From the NCBI GenBank assembly GCA_023265595.1, contig JAHFSU010000002.1, positions 21,105-85,104 on the forward strand: a stretch of 64,000 nt of DNA, given 5' to 3'. Positions 38,933-47,713 of this stretch are shown here, in pieces. The position numbers and the translations under genes were made by a program. How positions within the stretch are numbered: the first letter of the stretch is position 1; each line of letters begins with the position of its first letter. The notes under the pieces are model-generated. The model saw nothing but the letters and a program-made list of their open reading frames with translations, was not told where the DNA came from and did not search any database. The DNA comes from Deltaproteobacteria bacterium (GTDB taxonomy: Bacteria > UBA10199 > SPLOWO2-01-44-7).

Positions 38933-40300
38933 CTATTCACCCAACGCCTCGAACGCCAGCGCGGCGCCCTTGATGCCGCCGTAAAAATTGCTTAAACGGA
39001 TTTTTTCGTTGGGGGAATGGTAATTGTCATCGGGAAGACCCAATCCCACCAAAATCATCGGCACTTTAAGGGCCTCCTGAAAAGAGGCGACGACCGGAAT
39101 GGAGGCCCCTTCCCGTTTGAAGACGATTTTTTTGCCAAAACCTTTTTCATAAGCGGCGGCCACCCGTTTCAAAAAGGGATGGTCCCGGTCGACATAAGCG
39201 GGAGGTGTTGCGGAATGAAGATGCACTGCAACCGACACCCCTTGCGGCAGAATCGCTTTTACGTAATTTTCAAACTTCTCCGCGATTTTTTTCGGATTTT
39301 GATTGGCCACCAAACGCATGCTGATTTTCGCGCGGACCTCGGCCGGAATGATCGTTTTGGCGCCGATGCCGGTATAGCCCCCCCAGATGCCGCAAATATC
39401 AAGGGTCGGGCGCGTCCAGTTATGTTCCAAAGGGGTAAACCCCTTCTCGCTCATTAACGTTGCCGCACCGATTTCTGCAGCGGTCTTTTTTGCATCGAAC
39501 GGGGCTTTTGCTATTTCATTTTTTTCCGCCGCCGTGAGAGGCAAAACATCATCATAAAAGCCGGGAATCAGCACTTTTTCATTCTCATCTTTGAGTCTTC
39601 CCAAAACCCAGCTCAATGCCTGTGCCGGATTGCGCACCATCCCTCCATACAAACCGGAGTGGAGATCCTGCGTAAATCCCTTGACCATAATTTCAAAATA
39701 GACAAGCCCTTTAAGCGAATACGAAACGGCCGGCGTTTCGGAATTGAGCCATGGCATGTCGGAGAGCATTACCGCATCGCATTTCAAAAAATCGGCGTGT
39801 TCTTCAACATATTTTGAAATGCCGTCGGAGCCGACCTCTTCTTCCCCTTCCAAAATCACCTTTATATTGATCGGCAATTTTCCGACCGTTTTCAAAAAGG
39901 CTTCAGTCGCAAAAAGAAAAGAGGAATATTGGGCTTTGTCGTCGGTGGCGCCGCGCGCGTAAAGATTACCGTCGCGCACGGTCGGTTCAAACGGAGGAGA
40001 GGCCCATTGATCAAGCGGGTCGGGGGGCTGCACGTCATAATGCCCGTAGATAAGAATCGTCGGCGCACCGGCGGCATGGAGCCAGTCGCCATAGACCAGA
40101 GGGTTTCCATCGATTTGCAACAGTCTGCAATTTTCCAAACCGATTGTTTTGAAATGATGCAACTCATAATCGGCCGCCTTCAACACCTCTCCCTTTTTGT
40201 CGGGTTGAGTGGAAATCGAAGGGATGCGAATCACCTTTTTAACTTCCTCCAAAAAATATTCCCGGTTTTTTTCAATGTATTCTAATATTCGGGATTCCAT
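38933..40300 (-). CDS. M20-family metallo-dipeptidase (ArgE/DapE/PepV superfamily)
   Basis: …YGHYDVQPPDPLDQW…ARGATDDKAQ… are the M20 metal-binding motifs. ~455 aa from the MESRIL start. Confidence 0.8.
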   Translation of the reverse strand: MESRILEYIEKNREYFLEEVKKVIRIPSISTQPDKKGEVLKAADYELHHFKTIGLENCRLLQIDGNPLVYGDWLHAAGAPTILIYGHYDVQPPDPLDQWASPPFEPTVRDGNLYARGATDDKAQYSSFLFATEAFLKTVGKLPINIKVILEGEEEVGSDGISKYVEEHADFLKCDAVMLSDMPWLNSETPAVSYSLKGLVYFEIMVKGFTQDLHSGLYGGMVRNPAQALSWVLGRLKDENEKVLIPGFYDDVLPLTAAEKNEIAKAPFDAKKTAAEIGAATLMSEKGFTPLEHNWTRPTLDICGIWGGYTGIGAKTIIPAEVRAKISMRLVANQNPKKIAEKFENYVKAILPQGVSVAVHLHSATPPAYVDRDHPFLKRVAAAYEKGFGKKIVFKREGASIPVVASFQEALKVPMILVGLGLPDDNYHSPNEKIRLSNFYGGIKGAALAFEALGE

Positions 40301-40311
40301 GAAGCCTCCAT

Positions 40312-40716
40312 TCAAACTAAAACAGTTTGGGCCCAAGAAGTAAATCGTTCCACTTTTTTTGCAAAATCATGGGCGGCGTCTTGCGTAAAACGACGGGGCT
40401 CATATTCAACAAGATTTTTCAAGTTGATAATTTCGATCAGCCGGTCTGCATTTCTTTTTGCTTCCGTCGAGGAAAGGGCTTGCAATAAAAGGTGGGCACA
40501 GTCCTGATGGGCTTTTCCGGAACTCCGTTTTCCCAGATACAATGTGGTAATGGCATCATTAAAACTAATACAAGCATGAATGCCATTAAGAAGAACAGCA
40601 TCCCATTCCCCGTCTTGCAGGCATATCAGCATCACATCAAAGAATTGTTTTCCTTTGTCCTGATAGTTTTTATATTCGTTTTTTTGGATGCTCTTCGTCG
40701 AAATTTGTTTTACCAT
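40312..40716 (-). CDS. HEPN-domain protein (putative toxin of a HEPN/MNT pair)
   Basis: 134 aa. R-x5-H motif (GKRSSGKAH). Overlaps the upstream MNT gene by 47 nt. Confidence 0.6.
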   Translation of the reverse strand: MVKQISTKSIQKNEYKNYQDKGKQFFDVMLICLQDGEWDAVLLNGIHACISFNDAITTLYLGKRSSGKAHQDCAHLLLQALSSTEAKRNADRLIEIINLKNLVEYEPRRFTQDAAHDFAKKVERFTSWAQTVLV

Positions 40717-41329
40717 CCGTGATAATCTCCGTCAGCATCTTTCCGTAAATGACTTTGCCCTCTTTCGCGATGTTGATAATTAAAGGATCTTTGGATTGCA
40801 ATCTCTTTAAAAAATCACCCGCATGCAGTGATTTGATATTCACAAAATTGCCGTAATAGCGGACAAAATCTTGAGCCATAGAATCGAATAGAGATTCATC
40901 TGTAGGCAAAGGATATTGATCCGCATACAGAAGAAGACAATCGAGATCGCTGGAAGCTGTTTCTTCCCCCCTTGCCGTACTGCCGAATAAAATAACGGAA
41001 ACAGGCTGTGGTTTTAGTTGTACAGCCAATTTGTCTCCTAAATCCGACAAAAGACCTCTTTCAAATGCAAGAAGAGGAAAAACCGCTTTTTGTACAAAAA
41101 TATGGTCTCGATTCAACTCGTAAAGGTGCGCTTTTCCCACTACTTTTTCAAAAAGAATGCCCTGCGTAACCAACTCTCTTAAAACATGACTCATTTTAAA
41201 GGTTGATGTTTTAGCCATAATGGCCAGTTGACGTCCTGTTACGCCCATGTTTTTCCCTGATAGAATTTTAAAAACGCGAATAAATATAGGGTCTCCCAAA
41301 AGTCGTTCAAGATGATTTGTTATATACAT
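40670..41329 (-). CDS. Minimal nucleotidyltransferase (MNT) with an N-terminal winged-HTH; putative antitoxin/regulator of the HEPN/MNT pair
   Basis: GSTARGEETASSDLDCLLL is the GSxARG…SDxD pol-β NTase signature. The N-terminal ~70 aa are HTH-like (ILSGKNMGVTGRQLAIMAKTS…). Confidence 0.75.
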   Translation of the reverse strand: MYITNHLERLLGDPIFIRVFKILSGKNMGVTGRQLAIMAKTSTFKMSHVLRELVTQGILFEKVVGKAHLYELNRDHIFVQKAVFPLLAFERGLLSDLGDKLAVQLKPQPVSVILFGSTARGEETASSDLDCLLLYADQYPLPTDESLFDSMAQDFVRYYGNFVNIKSLHAGDFLKRLQSKDPLIINIAKEGKVIYGKMLTEIITDGKTNFDEEHPKKRI

Positions 41330-41334
41330 ATCGC

Positions 41335-41358
41335 ATATGTTATATTAATATAACATAT
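41335..41358. promoter_or_regulatory. Perfect 24-bp palindrome ATATGTTATATTAATATAACATAT in the divergent promoter region between the MNT/HEPN operon and the giant AAA+ gene
   Basis: Seen directly. The reverse complement is identical. It sits 6 nt from the MNT start codon and ~130 nt from the AAA+ gene start. Confidence 0.5.
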
Positions 41359-41489
41359 ATTATTTTGCAATCTTATAATTACCCCCTCCTCACTTTAATT
41401 TTTGAGCAAGCAACTTTGGGGGGCCCTTCCGCCGATAACTTTATTGGATAGGGGTGGTGTACTATACGGGGAGAGAAGGGATAAAAATT

Positions 41490-44400
41490 ATGGGTGATGC
41501 AAAAATAAAAAACGATTCCCTTTTTAATGAGGGAATTCTTCCTCCTTCTAAAGACGTAGACCGCACCTGTATCGATTACGAAACCATCGAAGAGGTACCG
41601 GTGATTGAAGTAGAAGGTGGCCTTGAAATAGATAAAGATAATTTTGAAGATGTTCGTCGTGTCTGGCTGGGTTATGAAGATGGGAAACCTTCCGTAAAAT
41701 ATTATGAGCCGGGTGAAGGGGAGAGGGCAATACAAGAATCGTTGGACAAACTAAAGCAAGAGGGGAAAGATCCGGAAAATTCTCCCGGCCCCCACCATAT
41801 GTCCGGTTTTCCGGCAGATCAAAAGGGGAACCTTCTTATCCAAATGCTCCAACAAAAAACGTGTCGATATACGGCAAGAGAAAAGGATGAGGAGGCTTCT
41901 TTATATAGGGAGAAAGATGTTCGTAAAAAGCAACACCATAAACTGGGCCGTGCGGAAAAGCCTGATAAAAACGGAAAATTTAAAATCTATTTCTATAAAG
42001 AGAGCCCCAAGCTGGATGTCCCTTGCCAAACCATGGGATTCGTCCCCTTAACGGAAGTTAGAGGGCGGGCCGATATCATTCGCCTCATTAAAGCCGGTGA
42101 GTTGGTACCGGGTACCGATTACTGTATCGGCGGAATCGAAAAAAATCCGAGACTCCTGTTTAATCCAACTCGTGTAGAAGGCTATGTCGATCCTATCGTT
42201 ATCCCTAATATTCTTAAATCGGGTCTCTTTTCAAACGAGATGGAAAAAAGGGTCAAAGCCGACATTGAACGAGCAACAAATACAGAGAGAGAATCTATTT
42301 TGCGGCAGAAAGAATCAGCCGATTTACAAAAACATCAGGTTGAATCACAGCCGTGGTTAATGAGTATTAACACATTCGTAGCCTCTCTGATTGGTGTTGG
42401 CCCCATGTTATGGATCTCCAGAAGACAGATGCAAATGATGAGGGAACAGTTGGGACTTCAAAAAGAACAGATGGGAATTATCCGGGAACAGATGGAAGGG
42501 GGAAAGAAGGAGCCTATTCTCCCTAAACTCAGAGATATAACGCAAGAAGCAAGAGAAGGAAAAATCAAACCGGTCTCGCCAAGACTGTGGCCTGCCATCA
42601 AACAACTTGCCATTAATTTGAGCAAAGGAAAATTGGCAAACCCGACCTTGCTCGCGGAAAATGGAGTTGGCAAATCGGCCGCTGTTGAAGGTTTAGCCTT
42701 GGCTATTGTCAACGGCATTCTTCCTGATGGAACACCCTTACCGGATCATTTGAAAGGAAAAAGAATTTTAGAGGTAAGCGCCGGAGAACAGTTTTCAGCC
42801 ACCAAGGGAGGAGAATATCGCGGAGTCATGGAGGCCAAATTCAGGCAGTTCTTGGAAGAGGTCAAAGCCGCCAAAGATGTCATCCCCTTTATTGATGAAG
42901 TTCATGAATTGGCCAAAGCGGGACAAACAGAGGGTTCAGCAGGTATTGCACAGATGTTCAAAGCAGGGACAGCCCGAACCAATGAGTTTCAATTTATCGG
43001 AGCAACAACCAACGAAGAATTTGCTAGACATTTTGCGGGGGACAAGGCGCTTCAAAGCCGTATGCCACCCGTTGAGGTAGCAACTCCGGATGCCAAAGGG
43101 GCCATAGCTGATCTACGGTTCACGCGCGAGGCCAATGAAGCCCACTACGGAAGAAAAATTCCGGACGCAACAATTGATGAAATAGTGAGACTTTCAGAAC
43201 CGGCCACTTATACCAACTTTCCTAGAAAGGCATTTGATCTGCTGGAAACCGTTGCCAAGCAGATGGATATTGAAGGAGACACAAGTGGCACCATTATACC
43301 GGAAAGAGTTCGGGCTTATGTTGAATGGAAAAGTCTGGATGCCGTAGCCAATGCCACTTCCGAAGCATGGCGTGAGGCGAATCGTCCCAAACTGTCTCTA
43401 CAAGAGATTCGTGTGATACAGGAAAGAAGTATCGGAGAGACTTTGCAAGTATTGGTTCGGGATGCAGAAAAATTGTCCGACCTTGTATTAGAAAAAATTG
43501 TTACTACCCTCACGAATTCATGGGAGGCTCTCAAACCCGAGGCAAGAGCCGGGCTCACTCCCCCCGGAACAGCCGATTTTGCCATTCCACAACGTTTTGT
43601 CGAAGTTTCGTTAAGCGGCATCAAAGATCATTTAGGCATCCAATTAATTCCTCAACCTGTCGTTCCAGCTCCGCCAATTATTTCAGGTGGTGGAGGGACG
43701 GGAGGCCCTGCCCCAACAGGAGGAACATCCGGCACCGGCGGCACACCGCCAACCGGAGGTGGAGCACCTACCGGAACCCCTTCGCCGGCAAACCCAACAT
43801 CTTCTCCGGCACCGGCTTCCGGAGCAACCGCTTCGGCAACGGCTAGAGTGATGGAGACAACAACGACCTCCCCTGAAGCTCAAGCTCTGAGAGCATTAGA
43901 AAAAAGTACCACCGCATTAGAGGTGATATTGGGTTCAAAAGTAATGCCCCATATTGATGTCCGCGTTCCGGTCGGATTGGCAGCAACGACAGGAACAGCT
44001 GCGGCCTTTCATATTGCAGATTATTTTGGTGTTCCTTCCTATCTGACAGGCAGTGCCGCCTTGGGAGCGCTTGCGTGGACTGTTCGCAGTAATCCGGTGG
44101 CAGGCGTTTGCACTGCCGTAGTTCATGCCGGATATTTTATGGCCGGTGCCTATCCTGCCACAGCGGGACTTGCCGACTTGCGAGGCGAGGAGAAACCGTC
44201 TCTCACAACACATCTGGTTGGTGATTTAGCAGGGGGTGTCTCGTGGACTATTATTAATAAAGCCAATGGTGGCGGCGGTCCCGAAAAAATGCTTATTGCC
44301 CAAGCTGAACAGGCCGTCATCGGTTTAAGAATGTATGGTAAAGAAATTGCGGCCGGAGCTTCTGCAACCGCCACAACAATGGCGGCCTATGCCAGAAATG

Positions 44401-44831
44401 CAGGGTCTGTGATGGCGGCAGGGGCACGTGCTTTGGCCAGTGAAGCTGTGGCAACCGAAGGGCTGATGACTGCCGGAGCCACGGTCGGAGGGATCATCGC
44501 TTTTGCGCCGTTTCTTATGGGAATGGCCGGAGAGGAAGATGTGGCTTTGATGCTTGCCGGTGATATCAAACATCGCGACTCCGAACTGAAAAAATTAATC
44601 CGTTGGGCTCTGAACAGCGATCAATTGGATATCGATTGGTATGGAGCCGAATTAGATCGCAATGGATTAAAGGGAACGAAGCACGACGACAGCCAAATCA
44701 TGAAAAACAATCGTCTGTTCATGAAGCACTTCACCGCGCTGGCGAGAGCAAAGGAAAATGGTGATGAAGAGGCCACCAACAAGGCCCGCGAAAATTTCGT
44801 AAAAACTTTTCCGGAATTGGCCAGAAAGTAG
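41490..44831 (+). CDS. Large (1113 aa) multidomain protein: unknown N-terminal domain (~290 aa) with a hydrophobic segment, coiled coil, a single ClpA/ClpB-D1-type AAA+ module, a Gly/Pro/Thr-rich disordered linker and a Gly/Ala-rich hydrophobic C-terminal domain (~330 aa)
   Basis: Start at the ATG 9 nt after GAGAAGGG. The AAA+ core aligns with ClpB D1: Walker A NGVGKSAAVEGLALAIVNG, Walker B VIPFIDEVHEL, sensor-1 FIGATT, Arg finger ALQSRM. The pre-AAA helix (LRDITQEAREGKIKPVSPR) also matches. There is no D2 or ClpB middle domain. The C-terminus (…GASATATTMAAYARNAGSVMAAGARALASEAVATEGLMTAGATVGGIIAFAPFLMGMAG…) looks like glycine-zipper membrane helices. Confidence 0.8.
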   Translation: MGDAKIKNDSLFNEGILPPSKDVDRTCIDYETIEEVPVIEVEGGLEIDKDNFEDVRRVWLGYEDGKPSVKYYEPGEGERAIQESLDKLKQEGKDPENSPGPHHMSGFPADQKGNLLIQMLQQKTCRYTAREKDEEASLYREKDVRKKQHHKLGRAEKPDKNGKFKIYFYKESPKLDVPCQTMGFVPLTEVRGRADIIRLIKAGELVPGTDYCIGGIEKNPRLLFNPTRVEGYVDPIVIPNILKSGLFSNEMEKRVKADIERATNTERESILRQKESADLQKHQVESQPWLMSINTFVASLIGVGPMLWISRRQMQMMREQLGLQKEQMGIIREQMEGGKKEPILPKLRDITQEAREGKIKPVSPRLWPAIKQLAINLSKGKLANPTLLAENGVGKSAAVEGLALAIVNGILPDGTPLPDHLKGKRILEVSAGEQFSATKGGEYRGVMEAKFRQFLEEVKAAKDVIPFIDEVHELAKAGQTEGSAGIAQMFKAGTARTNEFQFIGATTNEEFARHFAGDKALQSRMPPVEVATPDAKGAIADLRFTREANEAHYGRKIPDATIDEIVRLSEPATYTNFPRKAFDLLETVAKQMDIEGDTSGTIIPERVRAYVEWKSLDAVANATSEAWREANRPKLSLQEIRVIQERSIGETLQVLVRDAEKLSDLVLEKIVTTLTNSWEALKPEARAGLTPPGTADFAIPQRFVEVSLSGIKDHLGIQLIPQPVVPAPPIISGGGGTGGPAPTGGTSGTGGTPPTGGGAPTGTPSPANPTSSPAPASGATASATARVMETTTTSPEAQALRALEKSTTALEVILGSKVMPHIDVRVPVGLAATTGTAAAFHIADYFGVPSYLTGSAALGALAWTVRSNPVAGVCTAVVHAGYFMAGAYPATAGLADLRGEEKPSLTTHLVGDLAGGVSWTIINKANGGGGPEKMLIAQAEQAVIGLRMYGKEIAAGASATATTMAAYARNAGSVMAAGARALASEAVATEGLMTAGATVGGIIAFAPFLMGMAGEEDVALMLAGDIKHRDSELKKLIRWALNSDQLDIDWYGAELDRNGLKGTKHDDSQIMKNNRLFMKHFTALARAKENGDEEATNKARENFVKTFPELARK

Positions 44832-44837
44832 CGGCTG

Positions 44838-45161
44838 TCAAGCTACTGCTTTGAAAAGAAGTTTGATTTTTAGGACCTTGAGAATTTCTAAAAAACTGGA
44901 AAATTCGGGATTACCGTTCTTCGACAAGGCGCGATAAAGAGTCATCCGACTTAAATGAGTCCGTTTGGCAACCTCGCCCATGCCACCGGCCGCTTCGGCG
45001 ACATTGCGAAGGGCTTTGAGAATCATTTTTTCATCCCCTTCTTCTAACACAACATTAAGATATCCTGCTGCAAGTTCCGGATCCTGTAAATCTTTGATTA
45101 AATATTCATGACGGCTAACACTTCTTTTATCTTCTTTCATAACTTTTTCTCCGATTGCCAA
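44838..45161 (-). CDS. HigA-family 'addiction module antidote' HTH protein (TIGR02684-like), orphan
   Basis: 107 aa; …AAGYLNVVLEEGDEKMILKALRNVAEAAGGMGEVAKRTHLSRMTLYRALSKNGNPEFSSFLEILKVLKIKL matches this family along its length. No RelE/HigB-like killer gene is adjacent. Confidence 0.65.
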   Translation of the reverse strand: MAIGEKVMKEDKRSVSRHEYLIKDLQDPELAAGYLNVVLEEGDEKMILKALRNVAEAAGGMGEVAKRTHLSRMTLYRALSKNGNPEFSSFLEILKVLKIKLLFKAVA

Positions 45162-45184
45162 CTTTTCATAGTGTACCGTATAAG

Positions 45185-46345
45185 TTACAACACTTCAACC
45201 GATTTTTTACAGGCCTCCAGATTTTTATGGGCTGTCTGCCAAGCAGCGACCTCCGGAAAAACGGAAACATTTTTGACATTTGCAAAGAGTTCCACAGCGG
45301 CTTGGCAGCCTTCCAATTGTAAAACTGTATCGGCTTGCATCAAAAGAGGGCGCGCTTTTTCGTCGAGACGGGTATAAACTTTTTGTAAAAGGTCATTCGC
45401 TTTTGGATTGGGAGAATAGTCGCGGAGAATATTTCGCAAATCATGGCCGATCGCAATGAGATCGGGATTCTTTTTATTTGACCCTTCGACAGGCTCAGGG
45501 TGAGCGGAACTCGGGGTCAAAATGACATCATATTGAGCCAGCTTCGGCTCCAGTTCTTTGTTTAATTTGGCCTCGGCCGCCTGCAAGGCATCCTCAATTT
45601 GTTTATAAAAGGGAGGCTTTAGTTCTTCCGAATTAAAAAGGGCTATGGCTTGTTTCAATTGTTGATAATTGTTGGTTTCTAAAAGTTTTTTGGCTTTGAC
45701 AAATTTTTCTTCAAGCTCCTTTGATGGCCCGTAGTTTTCCTCTTTTTTAAGGGCCTCTTGCAGTGTTGCGGTCATCTTGCCGGCCCGTTCATTGTCAGGC
45801 GATTTTCGTAAAATTGTTTTCAAGGCCAGCAGGGCTTGGGGTGCATCATCTGCTTCCAGAAAAGAGCGGATTTCATCTCCCCCGCTCTCTCCTTTTTTCC
45901 CATCCCCTTTTCCCTCTTCCACAAGGTGAGAGTGAGGCTCCGTAATATACATGAGAGATCGTTCTATTTTCTGCTGCAAAGGGTCCTGACGATTCAGAAT
46001 ATGATTTTGGGCGAGGTCCCAATATTGTTTTGCCTCTGCAAGACGATGCCATTGATAATAGCGAAGCCCATCGCGATAATATCGCGCCGCACGATGCCGC
46101 AATTCTTCCACCAATTCTTTTTTTTCCGCTTCTACCTCGGCAAACAAGGGATCAAAAAAATGGGAGAGGGAATAACTGTAAACGGCGCACCGCCATTCCA
46201 GCCTTTCCTTGTGTTTTCCGGCCAGAGAATAAAATTCGAGCCCCAAAGTTTTGGAGGCAGAGAGGCCCTCTCCCGCGACGAAACGTGGGCTCACAATAAC
46301 GAATAGGAGACTAAGACAAAGTGACCAGAAAACGTTTTTCGCCAT
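45185..46345 (-). CDS. Hypothetical secreted protein at the distal end of the Tad locus; contains an in-ORF copy of the GC-rich hairpin repeat (encoding LVEEGKGDGKK)
   Basis: Start chosen at MAKNVFWSLCLSLLFVIVSPRFVAGEG (signal peptide); the track ORF runs to 46504. Confidence 0.45.
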   Translation of the reverse strand: MAKNVFWSLCLSLLFVIVSPRFVAGEGLSASKTLGLEFYSLAGKHKERLEWRCAVYSYSLSHFFDPLFAEVEAEKKELVEELRHRAARYYRDGLRYYQWHRLAEAKQYWDLAQNHILNRQDPLQQKIERSLMYITEPHSHLVEEGKGDGKKGESGGDEIRSFLEADDAPQALLALKTILRKSPDNERAGKMTATLQEALKKEENYGPSKELEEKFVKAKKLLETNNYQQLKQAIALFNSEELKPPFYKQIEDALQAAEAKLNKELEPKLAQYDVILTPSSAHPEPVEGSNKKNPDLIAIGHDLRNILRDYSPNPKANDLLQKVYTRLDEKARPLLMQADTVLQLEGCQAAVELFANVKNVSVFPEVAAWQTAHKNLEACKKSVEVL

Positions 46346-47039
46346 AATGATTTTCCCAACAGCCGGTCGGATGAGGACTGTCATGGGACAAAACCGCCCT
46401 TGCCTCTTCGGCATCGGGGAAAATGTCCAAAACATGCCCATTTGCCGCCCCTTCTGAACTGGCCAAAATTTTGCCGCTTTCATCAAAACAATAAATTGCC
46501 CCAAGCCCTAGTTTTTTGAGGGATCCGATCCATTCAAAATGCTCCTCTTTTTTTGTTTCACCTTTTTTTTGCAGACGTATTTTTTCGTGCAGAAAAAACC
46601 AGCCCCCTAAACCTAAAAGGGGCGGAAGCAAAAGGGCAAGGCGCAAAAAGAGAAATGGGGGTGAGTCCGGCCGAAATTCCAAAACGACTTTTCCCAGCAT
46701 CTCTTTTTGATCGCTTAAAATAGGTTCTTCAAAAAAGTATTTCCCCTCACCCTTTCCCTCTTCCACAAGGGGAGAGGGAAAACCATAACGGGAAAAGGGG
46801 ACCAAAATTTTTTCCTGCGCATCCAAAATGACGGCATTTTCATTTTCCAAACGGAGCCGTGTCTCCATCTGGTTTTGAAGCGGGTATTGATTCAATGCGG
46901 CGATGTTTTTGACCAACAACCTCCCCTTTTCAAACTCTCTTTGTGAAAAATCGCCCTTCAAAAAATAGAGGGAGAGCCAAATGAAAAAGGCCCAGACCAA
47001 GCAAAATAGAATTACGGAAGTTTTGATATTTTTTTTCAC
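46311..47039 (-). CDS. Hypothetical membrane-anchored protein in the Tad locus; contains the hairpin-repeat-encoded LVEEGKGEGK peptide
   Basis: 242 aa with an N-terminal TM helix. No recognisable family. Confidence 0.4.
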   Translation of the reverse strand: MKKNIKTSVILFCLVWAFFIWLSLYFLKGDFSQREFEKGRLLVKNIAALNQYPLQNQMETRLRLENENAVILDAQEKILVPFSRYGFPSPLVEEGKGEGKYFFEEPILSDQKEMLGKVVLEFRPDSPPFLFLRLALLLPPLLGLGGWFFLHEKIRLQKKGETKKEEHFEWIGSLKKLGLGAIYCFDESGKILASSEGAANGHVLDIFPDAEEARAVLSHDSPHPTGCWENHYGEKRFLVTLS

Positions 47040-47713
47040 AGTTCCCCTTTAAAAAACCGGATCGTCAACGGCGCAAAGAGGGTCAAAAATACCGAAGGGA
47101 AAATGCAAAAGATCATCGGAAAAAGGATTTTTTGCGCCGCTTTGATCCCCATTTTTTCGGCATCCAAAAAACGGCCGGTTCGCATCTGATCAGCGCTGGC
47201 AACTAATACGGGCCCCAAAGAGGTCCCCAACCGAATCGCCTGAACCAAAAAAGAGACGAGGGTTTTGATCTCCGGCAAAGGGGCCCGTGTTTTCAAAGAC
47301 AAAAGGGCCTCTTTGCGCGTTTTTCCCAAACGTAATTCGTGCAACATCCGGTTGAATTCTTCGACAATCCCCTCTTTTGGAAAAACAGCCGCTATTTTTT
47401 GAATGGCCTGCATCATTTCCATCCCCGCCGCAACAGAAATCGCTAACAGGTCCATCACGAGGGGCAAATCACGCCGCATTTTCAAAAATCTTTCTTTCTT
47501 TTCAAAATAGTTATGAACCCACAGGACCAAACAACCGGGAAAGAGCCATAAAAAAACAAAATTTCTTTTTTCAGAAGCAGAAAAATGGGAGAGCCACTTT
47601 AAACGACTTTTCTCCTGTTCCCTTTTTTGAAGAAGAAAGTGGACAAAAATTCCGGAAGCGGCGGCCATAATCATGGAAAAAATGGCGATCATGGCTCCCT
47701 TCCGGAGGCCCAT
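47036..47713 (-). CDS. tadC: Tad pilus inner-membrane platform protein (TadC-like, T2SS-F domain)
   Basis: 225 aa. 3 TM helices plus a cytoplasmic helical domain typical of GspF/TadB/TadC. Operon context. Confidence 0.65.
   Translation of the reverse strand: MGLRKGAMIAIFSMIMAAASGIFVHFLLQKREQEKSRLKWLSHFSASEKRNFVFLWLFPGCLVLWVHNYFEKKERFLKMRRDLPLVMDLLAISVAAGMEMMQAIQKIAAVFPKEGIVEEFNRMLHELRLGKTRKEALLSLKTRAPLPEIKTLVSFLVQAIRLGTSLGPVLVASADQMRTGRFLDAEKMGIKAAQKILFPMIFCIFPSVFLTLFAPLTIRFFKGEL

Noticed and set aside
38783-38943. Integrase, att direct repeats or prophage genes next to tRNA-Leu (and tRNA-Met)
   Set aside because: No tyrosine/serine recombinase-like ORF within the window. I found no second copy of the tRNA-Leu 3' half (GGATTTGAACCTGC…) by eye in the flanks. 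No phage structural genes.
41379-41735. 118-aa minus-strand ORF overlapping the 5' end of the giant AAA+ gene
   Set aside because: It lies antisense to the well-supported start and RBS of the 1113-aa gene and spans the divergent promoter. It has no motifs and an odd composition. Most likely spurious.
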